Assembly (NCBI RefSeq): GCF_009914755.1
Contig: NC_060929.1
Source: the human T2T-CHM13v2.0 reference genome, Homo sapiens
Length of the DNA: 64,000 nt
Reading direction: 5' to 3' (one strand)
Positions within the stretch are counted from its first letter, which is position 1. Each line of letters begins with the position of its first letter. The position numbers were made by a program, and so were the translations under genes. Shown piece after piece: positions 27,403 through 39,915 of the stretch. The notes beneath the pieces were generated by a model, which searched no databases, was not told where the DNA came from, and was given only the letters and a program-made list of their open reading frames with translations.

Positions 27403-27514
27403 TATTTTTTCTTTTATTCTTTTTATTATTATTATTATTATTATACTTTAAGTTTTAGGGTACATGTGCACAATGTGCAGGTTAGTTACATATGTATACA
27501 TGTGCCATGTTGGT
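27403..27514 (-). mobile_element. Extremely 5'-truncated young L1 (L1PA3/4-like 3' tip) with (TAA)n tail
   Basis: TTATACTTTAAGTTTTAGGGTACATGTGCACAATGTGCAGGTTAGTTACATATGTATACATGTGCCATGTTGGT. Confidence 0.92.
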
Positions 27515-28149
27515 TAAGAAAGAACACCTCTCCTTTAAAAATTAAAGTAATATTGTCTATTTTATGTATCTGAAGGTAGATAGGAAATTACAGCCACTTT
27601 TAAAAAAATCTGTAGTTGATTATGTTGTTTCCAAATTTAATAAGCTACTATTAATCATTAACTCCCTCTAAAAAATAAACTGGGCAGTTTGGCACCTCAC
27701 AACTGAATGAATAAAATATAAATTAAATGATGCTACCTTTGAGCACATTCCCACTCTAAGTCAGCTTTCCTAAATGAGTATTCATCCTATACTTTCCATG
27801 TTAGCAAATGAAAGGGCAGTGATAATGGAAGAAGTGTATATTCTGGGACCTCACACAAAAATTAGTAAAATAAACATCTTCCCTGTTAACTGCAGAAGAA
27901 AAACACTAAGCTTCTACTTCCTTAGCTGACCTCTTGCGGAGGGAATTTCCAGATCTAGATTGATCTGCAATTGAGAAGGATCAGCAAGGAAGGCCACAGA
28001 ATCACAAACACAGCAGAAACTTTGAGAAGCCTTCACTCTCTCTTTCAACTTTCATGTAAATACTCTGAGAGATGAACATGAATTATGAGTTCTGAGGATT
28101 ACTGGGGGTAATAATATCCACCTCTTTATCCCAGTGACTCTATTCTTGC

Positions 28150-28305
28150 CAGAGGTGAGGTCTAGGTTTCCCAGAACATTATGTTTACATAATTATGGGG
28201 GCCTTCTTTAAGCAAAATACTACAGAATTACAAGTAAAAATTAAGCCCAAGACACTGAGGTTCTAAAGCTTAAGCTTCATTAGCTTTACGGTAAATCTGC
28301 CTCAG
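28150..28305 (-). mobile_element. MER53 non-autonomous hAT DNA transposon
   Basis: AAGCTTAAGCTTCATTAGCTTTACGGTAAATCTGCCTC terminus and GGGGGCCTTCTTTAAG interior match recalled MER53. Confidence 0.75.
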
Positions 28306-30389
28306 GGTCTTAAACCCAGGTACAAGTTCTACTTCTGACAGGTACTGCAGTGGGCCAGATAGAGTTTTCATATTATTAAGAGTGTGGAGAGGGTTTTTTT
28401 CTGCATGAGATTCCTATGGGTATTAGGAAGACAACATGTTTCCCCCATTACAAGAGTGAAGTCTAAAGCCAATGAACTCAACTTTTAAGGGAAACGAGTA
28501 GTTGATCAAATATAAATACTTGACTAAACTTTCATTTCTTCCCATACTGTCTCTACAAAATACAAAGTTTCAAGAAGTCTGTAAAGCCAAGGAAACGGAT
28601 AGTTCTGAAAGGGCACTTGGATCTTTTTTGTCAGTGATATGACCACATGTTTTATCCTTTTCTAGTGTACCAACTGGACACTCCAATGTGAAAGGGTGAT
28701 TCCTAACTTGCAAAAGAGTGCTATCTTCACACAAGGACTGCAGGAGCTCAGCACCAGCAAAGGAGTCATCTCCCAGTGAGTAACTGCAAGTCTTTTCAGG
28801 GCATGACATACTCAAAAGCTAACTTAATCAATTCAAAATCACTCTATCTAAAGTTTTCAGCTAGGGTTGACTCATAGTTCAAAAGTCACGGAAATATTCC
28901 CCAGAACTGGTATATATAGAGTATATTAAACTTCAGTCAAGATGAGATCAGTACCAGGGCACTATTTACAGGAAGAAAGATTTCTATTCACCAGAATTTG
29001 ATAAGTTCCCTTGATGGCTTAGTGAAATTTGACAAGTCTGTGTTTTCAGTTCTTTCTTCCACACTTCCTGCCCCTGTGCTTCCTCTTAGGGGGGGTATTT
29101 TACACAAAGTTCTCTTAATCTCTTACTCTCTCTTATGAAATAAATACTCGGTTTCCAAACTCCCACCTTCTATGGAAAGACTTTCATGCATGTTATTCCT
29201 TCTACGAAAATAAAATCACTCTACCATTTTCCAGATTATTTCATGTACAGTCAAGAACATCTCAAAGCCAGAAGGAATCAACTCCAGGTATGGGTTTTTT
29301 TAAAGAGCACCTAGAGATTAAGAGAGTGAAATGTTCCTCAGGATCATAACACAACTTCTCTGACTCCCATCATCAGTGATTAGTCCTATCGTTTTTGTTG
29401 CTTTTTTTTTTTAATGAAAATGATTTATCCTACCATTTAAAAAAATATATATGTTTGGCTGATTGGTTGTGGACTTTGTTTTTATGGAAATTGGGAAAAT
29501 TGCCATTCCTCTTATGCCAGAAGGTTGTTAGCTATCCCAAGTCATAAAGGACAGGACACCATCAGATCCTGAAGACCCTAGTCTGGCCCAGTTCTGCATA
29601 GCCTGGAGAGAGAACAGGCTCTTCTTTGAAGAAAGGACATGGGGCATTGATGACTATATTTTTCTGGCAGGAAACCACTGGGACTTATGCTTTAAAAATA
29701 TTCGTATCTTAACAAAGTCGAAGATAGAGAGGTACCTATTTCTAGTACCTCCATTGTCCAAAACTATTTCCAGCACCTCCATTGTCTAAAAGCTTCTGCA
29801 CACTAAAGCTAAAATTATGTTTTGCCATTGCTCTTGAAATAAATGCCAGAGAGGATTTCTGAATTGTATTCCAAGATTACTCTACTGAGCTGTTTCTGAA
29901 ACAATAGCTGTCTTTTCCCACTCTGTTTAAGCTTGCAATTTTAACAACTTCACAATTTCCAAAGGTCCAAAATTTATCATTTTAATAATTCTAGCCATCA
30001 AGTCTCATGTTTAGTTTTCCAAGTCACAGCTCAGAAAATCGTCAAGATACCAGCCATGCAAATTCCAATTTCCAGCTTAAAATGAAAGTATCATAATCAA
30101 ATCCAAGGCACTCTCATTCCTCTTGGAGGTCCCAAAACAAGCTATTCCTCTTAAGTGGGAGAGGGCTTAGAGGCCCCCAAGACCTTGCAAACAAGTAGGA
30201 AGGTCTAACCAGATATTTCTGAATGAACTATTACTGATACCTTTGTAAAAACTCAAGCTGTGCCTCCCATGCATAAATAGCAAGGTAGAATTCTAAACCA
30301 CACATTCTAGTTGGTTATTTGGTCAGCCCCCAACTCAATTATTTTTCTGCATACCATTCCAATTGTGACATGTTCCATAAGCAGCAAGT

Positions 30390-30590
30390 AATACTACCTT
30401 CTCTATGTTCTGTTACAGGCACTAAACTAAACATTTTACATTTGTTATCTCATTTAATACTTACAAAAATCCCATTAGAATATATCATTATTCCCATTTT
30501 GCAGATTTACTAGAATAAATAGTTCTTCAAGCTTAAAAGTAGGGTGGCAGAGCTGAATTTTACTGTGCTTTTTAACTCTAAATTACCCTG
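30390..30590 (-). mobile_element. MIR
   Basis: CAGGCACTAAACTAAACATTTTACA...TCTCATTTAATACTTACAA...ATTATTCCCATTTTGCAGAT. Confidence 0.8.
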
Positions 30591-30689
30591 CTTAGTACAT
30601 AATACATACCAAATATTTGAACTGAATACCTCCCAATCCTTCTTCTAGTTATCCTTTAAAATTGTCAGTTTATGTATCTATCTTCATCA

Positions 30690-30781
30690 AGCAGCGAGAA
30701 ATTTGTTGAGATCAAGGTTATTGTATTCTCTGTATCTAAAACACAGAAGGTACTCAATACCAGAATGAATGAATGAATGAA
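30690..30781 (+). mobile_element. LINE-2 3' end
   Basis: CACAGAAGGTACTCAATA followed by a (GAAT)n tail. Confidence 0.6.
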
Positions 30782-30806
30782 GTCTATGTAAATCCATAAT
30801 TAGTTG

Positions 30807-31560
30807 GTATTATTAATTTGCTTGGGGTACCATAACAAAGTACCACAAACTGGGTGGCTTAAACAACAGTAATTTATTTTCTCACAGTTCTGGAGATTGG
30901 ATATCCAAAATCGAGGTGTTGGCAGAATTGGTTACTTTGAAGACTGTAAGAGGACTGGCCAATCCTCTAACCTTGGCTTGTAGATGGCCAGCTTCTCTCT
31001 TTGGCTCATCATGTTGTTTTCCCTCTGTGTGTATTTCTGTGTCCAAATTATCACTCTTATAAAAATACTTGTCATTTTTGGATTCAGCCTCCCCTGATGA
31101 CCTGACTTTAACTTGATGACCTCTATAAAGACCTTATTTGCAAATAAGGTCACATGCTTTCTTTTCTTTTTCTTTTTCTTTTTTTTTTTTTTTTTTTTTT
31201 TTGTGCTACAGAGTCACTCTGTCACCCAGGCTGGAGTGCAGTGGTACAATCTTGGCTCACTGCAACCTCCACCTCCCAGGCTCAAGCTATCCTCCTGCCT
31301 TTACCTCTTGAGTAGCTGGGACCACAGATGCATGCTACCATGCCTTCTAATTTTTTGTATTTTTCTAGAGATGAGGTTTCACCATGTTGCCCAGGCTGGT
31401 CTCAAACTCCTGAGGTCAAGCAATCCATCTATTTCAGCCTCCCAAAGTGCTGGGATTACCAGCATGAGCCACCGCGCCTGGCCGATAAGGTCACATTCTG
31501 AGGTACTGGGGGTTAGAACTTCCACATATGATTTTAGGGACAGGGAACATAATTCAACAG
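30807..31560 (-). mobile_element. MLT1B/C solo LTR split by an Alu
   Basis: CCATAACAAAGTACCACAAACTGGGTGGCTTAAACAAC...; resumes after the Alu with GGTCACATTCTGAGGTACTGGGGGTTAGAACTTC. Confidence 0.88.
31157..31483 (-). mobile_element. AluJ (Jb-like)
   Basis: Antisense dimer with a long T tail. 12 bp TSD ATAAGGTCACAT at 31144-31155 and 31485-31496. Confidence 0.93.
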
Positions 31561-34500
31561 TGGGTATCAAAGTTATTTTCTACATGGGGCACAGCTGGCC
31601 ATAATATAGTCCACCTATTTGAAGGACATCACCTGATAAAGGCAGTGTCCAACAACAGGTGGAGATTGCAAATGTGTGAACACAGCAAAAAGTCCAGGGA
31701 GACATGTGCAGAGCCTTTGTGCTTCATAGATAGCCTAATCTCCCAGCAAAAAGCAAGCAATTAAATCTGCTGAAGGATGGCTCTATTTATTTACAATAGA
31801 CTATAACCCTTTAGCAGGCAACCTGAAGCACAGGAACATGTTAAGGCATCATTCTTATAATCGGTCCTACATCACCCCTTCTGTATTCAAGTTGGCTCCC
31901 CAGGTGTAATAGAAATAGTCATGAACATTTTCTGTCCTCCCCAATTACTTTCTGCATATGCTCATTTGTCTTGGAGAAATAATTCCACCCACATAGCAAC
32001 ATACTCTTCGGTGAATTCTGAGCTGAGAAGAGAAAATATGTCTATCCCTTGTGCTCAGCCACGACCTCTCCTAGTGCCTGGAAAGTAGTGAATCTCACAG
32101 GACCATTTATTAGCCCTGCTATTCTAGGAAAGAATATCTTTTATCTGCCCTTAAAACTGTACTTCTTGGTGGTAATGAGAAAATCTGCTTTCATGTTCCC
32201 TGAATTCCCATACCTATGAAAGAAAAAAAGATACATAGGATTCCTATGCGTGGCTCCCAGGCTCAGCCAACCAGCTATTACACATGAACAGAAGAACTGT
32301 CCCACCCACCTACAGCACTAGGCCCTCTCACACACGCACAGCCTACAACTCCTCTCTGTTCACACTATGAGGAAAAGAGGCCACCAGGGATTGAAACCCT
32401 CTCTGCCCCTCTATTCACATGTTTTCTTCACTGTCTTTAGAGAATCCTAAGTCCACAGCACATCCTCCTTCTGTAACAGTGGCCTAGAGGAGATTTTCAG
32501 AAGATCATCTTATCCAATCCCCCCAGCGGGACATCACCTGTCTTTCTTTCACTTTTTCCTACTATGTGTTCCTCAAGCTGCAACTTTAAGGTTTCACATA
32601 ATTTTGATCATGTCATCTCTTCCAGAAATTGATTTCATTCCCCAGTCGATCTGTTAAATTTTTCTCCAATCTTTCAAATCCTTCTTGTTTAAATTTAAAT
32701 CCATTATTTCTATTCTTATCTTTGCTAACTAATGAGAATTGTTTTTTCTGCTTTGGCAAACTCCCAAGTTGTGTGTATAATTGCATTCACATCTTTTTGT
32801 GTGTTTTCTCTCATATTTGTAAAGGTTACCACAATTTTGAAGAAAATCTTGTTTTAATTAAAATATATACACAATTTCATTCTTTCCCAGAAGCCCATTG
32901 CACATTTATTTTCCATAATATTTGTTTCTTTAGGAAAATGCAGAAGTAATAGAAAGATGTTTCTCAGATACTATTTAAAACTACAATCTATTATCAAAAC
33001 TACTACTAGAAGTCCACTACTGAATGACTTCATAATTGAAGCAACTTAGCCAACACAGATTATTTGACTACCATACAATTTTATAGGATGATATATTCCC
33101 AAAATTCTAATTCCTTTAATAAATTGCTAAAATTCGATCTACCCTTCACCTGATACATGATGAATAGAGAACAGTGACTCTCCATATTTCCCCCTTCTGA
33201 GTTGTCAGTGGTTTTAACAGACACAGAGAGGATTTAGTTACATTGCTTAAGAAATAACACAGTCAATTGACAGGTATTTACCAAGAATTTACTGTGGATA
33301 TAATACTGCTAGAAACAAATGAGGATATAACAAAAATATAGTTTTTCTTTTCCTTTCTCTTTAATAATCCCAATCTCCGTAGCAGAAATGTCTCTGTCAT
33401 CCTCTTCCTGATCTTACAATTTCTTATCCTGTTTTCCTCCAAATCAATCATTATGTCAAATGACCACAGCCTAATCCATATGAGGCTCTTCCTGGCAAAA
33501 GATAAACACTTTGCTTCTCCCTCAACACCCTCCCACACACATTGAATCTCCTGTTTTCTCCCACCATGGAGTAAATTTCAAGTTACTCAACAATATCAAT
33601 GCCCACCTCCCAACCTCACTTGCTCCTGACCCAGGTCAGGCCTCTGTCCCTCTGTAAACGCATTCACCTCCATAACCAGTCAGCTCCATGACTGCTTCAG
33701 CCACTTTCACCACTGCCCTCTAGACTCTGTTGAGCACACAGAACTCCTAACCAGTAATTTTATATCAGCATTCTTCAAAAAGAGAACTCTTGGGGATACA
33801 TAACGATTTTCTAAGGGATACACAGCCAAATATAGTTTTAAGAGAATAGTTTTCCAGATACTCACCTTCCCTATATGTTCTTTTACAAAATTGATCTGTC
33901 TGAAAATGGTTTTAGATGGGAGCCTTCATGACAGTTTCCCCCGCCTCACCTTTTTCAATTTCATATTTGTTCTTTTCTCCTCTATATAAACACACAAACA
34001 TATACATACATACACACATATGTACTTAGGTAAATAGAAAATAAACAAAATCTCTCATTCCAAATTTTACTATATCTTAATGGCTTGAAATATTGAAAAC
34101 CTCCAGGGTCCCAGAGAAAAAAAATTAAACTATGAGTACTAATGGCTTCTTTAACAAAAACTTCGTAAATCATTGTTAGGCCTCACGTTTGTTTGCTTGT
34201 TTTTATATTATACAGGTTTCTGTTAAGAGCAAAGTGTGGCATAGAAGTAGGGGATTTTGGCCTCTGTAGGGATGTAATGGATGTACATGTTGCACACAAT
34301 AAAGCAGAGGGAGTGATAATGAGTTTAAGAACCTCGTGTCTCCCATCACTCTACTATTTACAAAAAGTGCATCACTGTTAAAGGAGAGCCTAAGAAAATA
34401 AAGCATAGAGTGTATGGGTAAGAAATTTTGAAAGCAGTGGAACTGTATTTTATTTAGGCAATAACTCCTAGTAAGGCTCTGTGATCTGTCTATTCTAAAG

Positions 34501-35519
34501 TAACATTAAGAAGTGAGATATCAGGGAGTGTGTCTTAACACATTTACATGAATTGATAAATGAGATCAGATTTGTCTGAGAGAAAGTAATTCTAACTTAC
34601 CTAAATGGTTTGATAGTGAAAACCGGCTTTGCCTATTTGGTTATATGACAGATGTGTTCCATAATTTGAATGCTTTAATCTGTCATGCCAAAGTTTTGAT
34701 GAAAAAATATTTAAAGCAAATGATATAATAAATGCAATTTACCAAACAATTTCTGTATTGGCAAAGGTATAGAAATTAACAATGTTTCAATGTTTCCAAA
34801 AGTTTCCTAATATATCAGTTGTTTTTAAAAAGTGCCTCTAAATGAAAGAGAAACAGATACAATTAATAGTCAATTGAAATTAATAGTCTTAGTGAAACCC
34901 TTTCACTAAGCTCACCAGACATTTAGAAACTAAATAAATATAAAGGCTATTCTGCAAATTCTTTTATAATTCTTTGCTCTCAACAAAAGTGAAGAACAGA
35001 TCATGATGAAAGAGTATTAAAAATATTTTTTGGTGATACATTATTGTGGATTTTGGTTTCTACCGCAAAAAGGAATTCAAATAGTTGTGAGATATTGTTG
35101 TTAAAAATAAACCCCTTCCATTCTTATTCAAGGTTTCCAGTCCATTCCATTCCCATATTCATAGAATAGAAATAGAATTGATATTGAACCCTCTTTTATT
35201 CCAACTATGCATCCCCAAGAAAAGGCCTACCCAACTGATTTAAAAGTGCATTTCTAAAAATCTCATGCTCAATAATTTTTATCAAAATTTATAATACATT
35301 TCTATATTGCCAATTGTGTACTAATAAAAGTCTTAAGGATAGCTTACTCTTCAAGAAAAGTTTTTTAAGACTTATAGCATTCTGGTTGCAAAGTAATCAA
35401 TCAAATTTTTTATTTCCATTAGGATAAAATTCTGTTATAAAAATGAAATCAAAACATAGGCTCAAGCAGTAAAAGCTATAAAAAAATCTTTTTAAAGAGG
35501 ACCTTGTTTTTAATCTTTA

Positions 35520-35900
35520 TTTACTTACTTTTTATCAAAGTATAGTGTCTAGTCAGCATATATTCAGAAAATTTTAAAAATCTTAAGTGTAACTCAATAA
35601 ATTTCCATAAAATAAACATGGAAAACACATGACATTTTTACAAAGTGAAGCTGTAAAACAGCACCCAGATTAAGATTACGAATGTCACCAGGACCCCAAA
35701 AGCACTTGGTGCCCTCTCTTAATCATTATCCTCCAAAGGTAACCACAATCCTTATTTCCAATGTCCAATGATAAGGTATGCCTGTTTTTGATCTTTATAT
35801 AAATGGAATTATATGTTATGTACTTTTTTTGTCTTCTTTCACTCAGCATTATGTTTGTCAAGTTCATCCATATTCATATATTGTGTACTTGTATTGTGAT
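35520..35900 (-). mobile_element. Old L1M (L1ME/MB-like) 3' fragment
   Basis: TTTATATAAATGGAATTATA...CTTCTTTCACTCAGCATTATGTTTGTCAAGTTCATCCAT. ORF 35685-35867 MNLTNIMLSER is an L1 relic. Confidence 0.8.
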
Positions 35901-36091
35901 GAGTATAAAGTATTTATTTTAAACTACTAACTTCACAGTATGGGAGAAACTACATATTTGAATCTATTTAGACATGTAAAGAAAAATTTTGGATATCATC
36001 TTGAAATCATGCATGATTATTTATTTAATGCCCTTGGGCCTCAATTTTATCATATGTAAAGTGGGATTAAAAGACTTTTACCTCAGAGTTG

Positions 36092-36653
36092 AAGTGTTCC
36101 TTTTTCACTGCATCCTGCCAGCATCTATTTTTTTTCATTTTTTGATTATGGCCATTCTTGCAGGAGTAAGGTAGTATCGCATTGTGGTTTTGATTTGCAT
36201 TTCCCTGATCATTAGTGATATTGAGCATTTTTTCATATGTTTGTTGGCCATTTGTATATCTTCTTTTGAGAATTATCTATTCATGTCCTTAGCCCACTTT
36301 TTGATGGGATTGTTTGTCTTTTTCTTGCTAATTTGTTTAATTTTTGGGAGATTCTGGATATTAGTCCTTTGTCAGATGCACAGATTATGAAGATCTTCTC
36401 CACTCTGTGGGTCATCTGTTTACTCTGCTGACTGTTCCTTTTGCCATGCAAAAGCTAAACCACTATGGAAAACAGTGTGGAGATTCTTTAAAGAACTAAA
36501 ATTAGAACTACCATTTGATCCAGCAATCCCACTGCTGGGTATATAACCCAGAGGAAAAGAAGTCATTATACAAAAATATACTTTCATATGCATGTTTATA
36601 GCAGCACAATTCACATTTACAAGAATGTGGAACCAACCCAAATGTCCATCAAT

Positions 36654-36696
<43 letters not shown>

Positions 36697-36722
36697 GAAT
36701 ACTACTATGTATTCATATATGA

Positions 36723-36767
<45 letters not shown>

Positions 36768-37139
36768 TACTACTCAGCCATATAAAGGAATAAATTAATG
36801 GCATTAGCAGCAGCCTGGTTGGGATTGGAGACTATTATTCTAAGTGAAGTAACTCAGTAATGGAAAACCAAACATTGTATGTTCTCACTCATAAGTGGGA
36901 GCTAAGCTATGAGGATGCAGTCATAAGAATTACATAGTGGAATTTGGGGACTCAGGGGGAAAGGGTGTGAAGGGGGTGAGGTAAAAAAGACTACATATTG
37001 GGTTAAGTGTATACTGCTCGGGTGATGGGTACACCAAAATCTCATAGATCACCACTAAATAACTTACTCATGTAACCAAATACCATCTGTTCCCCCAAAA
37101 ACCTACAAAAATTAAAAATTTTAAAAATAAATAAATAAA
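36092..37139 (+). mobile_element. L1PB1-like element with a 5' inversion (36092-36456 antisense, 36457-37139 sense), inserted into a MIR
   Basis: Strand switch at ...GCAAAAGCT|AAACCACTATGG. L1PB 3' end. TSD CAGAGTTG at 36084-36091 and 37140-37147. MIR-like sequence on both flanks. Confidence 0.9.
36657..36765. repeat. Interrupted (TA)n microsatellite inside the L1PB
   Basis: Two TA runs flanking a 24 bp palindrome. Confidence 0.95.
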
Positions 37140-37769
37140 CAGAGTTGCTGAGAGGTCATGCATAAAAAGTTCTTGCCACAGTTCCTGACACATGTATAAA
37201 TAGCAGCCATTGTTGCCTTCCAACTCTTCATCCCAACTTTAACAACATTCTCCCCAAATACTTTGTCCACACTGAACCCCAAGTATTATAACAAAACTCA
37301 TAAATGAATATGTTCCTTTCATGTGTAGATTAACCTTGTTCTAGCTTTTTATTACTTGGAGTATGTGGTCTAAGCACTCCTGTATGACTTGCAATGACAA
37401 CCTACCAGACCCATGCCTATCTCCTCTGTAATTTAGGGTTGCCAATACCCCTTTCAACAGATGGATGAAAAGATTAACTGAAAAAAATAATAAAAGAAAG
37501 ATGAAAAGAAAAAAAAAGAAAAGCTTAATATATGTATGCAAAGTACTTGGCCTGAAGAAGATGTGTAACAAATGGTAGCTATTTAGAAAAGAAGGAAGGA
37601 AGAAAGAAAGGAAAGGAGAAAAGCAGGGAAGAGAAAAAGGAAGGGAAAAAGGAAAGTAAAGTTATTGCATAATCTGATGTTGGTGTTAGAAGACCTACCT
37701 TCGTCTAATGGTCTTGATACCCAATTCAAAGCCCATGTGGATAGAAATGGCATAAATAAAATAAGTGGA

Positions 37770-38100
37770 ATACATTATTTTACCCAATTTTTTAGATGAG
37801 AAAACTTCAATTCTTAGAGATTAAATGATTTGCCCAAGGATTCACAGGGAATTAGTGGCAGTGAGTATTCTCATGTGAATCTGATTCCACAGCCATACCT
37901 TTTTGCTCCATTCCACTGCCTCTCTGAAATATTCCAATGTTAATATGGTATCTCAAATATATCCCACTCCTAGGAAGAGATAATTTTCTCTCTGAGCCTC
38001 AGGGTCTACCCTGTAAACTTGAGTTCATAATAATCATTGACTTTTAAATGAGTTAATATATGTAAAGTGCCTCAAGTAGCACTCAATAAGGGTTATTTTG
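37770..38100. mobile_element. Two MIR fragments in opposite orientation
   Basis: TTTTAGATGAGAAAACT...ATTTGCCCAAGG (minus strand) and CTCTCTGAGCCTCAG...CTGTAAA...ATATGTAAAGTGCC (plus strand). Confidence 0.7.
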
Positions 38101-38929
38101 TTGTTGTTTTAAACACTCAATTCTCTGGGTTTCTGATTTAAATAGAAAATCAGTGTATAAGCCTTTGGCCTACATAAAACAGATATCTCAGGGGAGCATT
38201 ATATCCCTTTTGCTTAAGGTAAATACCAGCATTCTGATATACCCTTGGCTCTTTTCCTAATTGTTACCATAGGACTTTAATATTCCTGTGAACTCAAGCC
38301 CCAATAACATGTGCTAAATAAATAGTAATTCAAAAATTAGTTATTAAAATTTCTTCCCTTAAAAAGTTTGCAACAACCTGTGAAATTAGGACGTATCTCA
38401 GAAACAAATCAACTGTGTTTTATGTGGTCCAATTCATCAAATAAACTTGCCATTGTATCCTATTTTTAAAAATTCAAATTCTGCCTATAGTTCCTAAAGG
38501 TGTCATGAAGTTTAGTTTAAAATACAAATATTTTCCATTAGTATTATTTTGGTAGTAATACTGATATCTGAGATTCTACGACATTCCAGTTTAAAATGTG
38601 TTTTTACAGTTATTGCCTATAATTTTTCTCATATGAATATGTGTTTGACCAGGCATATTGTAAATACAAACATCACTTACTACGTTCATGGCAAGGTGAA
38701 AATGAATGGTTCATTTTGAAGAATAATTTAAATAATTTTTATCTATATAATATGGGGGGCTTACCTGAATAGATTTAATATTGTTCAATAGAAATTAATT
38801 GACTATTATTGCCATAGTGGATTGGACTGATAGCATAAAGATGGCTCGGATATAGTTCCTACCCTTTGGCAGGATCCAGCCCATAGGAGAGGCACCTTCT
38901 AACTGAGATAAATTTCTCAATTGTACATT

Positions 38930-39915
38930 CTCCAAGCATGCTTAGCTCTTAATACACTTTGTAGCTAAGCATTTATTTATGTTATCATCTGCTAACTGTC
39001 TCTCAAATTGGCAAAGCTCTATGATAGCAGTATCTATTTCTGGTTTTGCTCAGCATTACACTCCCAGTGCCCAGCAGAATTCGGTTTACATATTAGGGAT
39101 TCAATAAATTTGCTTATTTGTTCATTCAACAAATATCTGTTGTGAGCGCCTATGATATTCTAAGTGCTTGAGATGTATGGGTGAAGAAAACAAGAAGCCC
39201 TTTGGAAAGTGACATATAATAAATGTATTGCTGTATCTAAGAAAAGAGAGAAAAGCAATAAGAATTTCAAATAAAAGCATAATGTAGTATGTTAGAAGAA
39301 CATCAGTGTTATATTTTTTAAAAAGAATGAAGGCAGGGTAAGGGGAGTTGGGAGAGCTGATGGGGTGGGGCAAGTTGCCATTCAAATAAGAGTGATAATA
39401 CTGGGCATCATGAAAAGGTGACATCAGAAAGAGATTTAGTGGGAGCAGTTAGCCTGCAGACATGTTGAGAAAGAACATGGCAAACTAGAGAAACTGCACT
39501 GCAAAGGCTTTAAGGAAAAATAACACTGGTGTATTCCAGGAACTGGAAAAAGGGCACTGTGGTATAGGGGAAATGCAGGCAGAGTAATAAGGAGTGACTA
39601 CACAGAAGTCATTGGGAACCAGAATGCAGGTCTTATTGGTGGCTATAAGGACCTTGGCTTTTATTCTGTGTGTAATCTAGAGCTATTGCAGGACTTCGAG
39701 CAGCAGAGTTATATGACTTGACTTAATTTTACAAGAAACATCTCGTTACTGTGTTGAGAACACATTAAAGGGGATGAAGAGTAAAATCAGAGAAAAAATC
39801 AAAAAGCTATTGCCACATGAGATATGAGAATGAGAAATTGTGATGATTATGGTGGCTTGGACCAGCAGATGAGTATTGGCATGGAGAGAATTGGTTCAGA
39901 TTCTGGATAACATAT
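38930..39915. mobile_element. Tail-to-tail LINE-2 fragments (+ about 38930-39115; - about 39117-39915)
   Basis: CCCAGTGCCCAGCA...TCAATAAATTTG abuts TTCATTCAACAAATATCTG..., followed by a long antisense L2a body. Confidence 0.75.

Noticed and set aside
33750-34180. Possible hAT/Charlie DNA transposon relic
   Set aside because: Only a faint terminal resemblance; I cannot support a family or boundaries.
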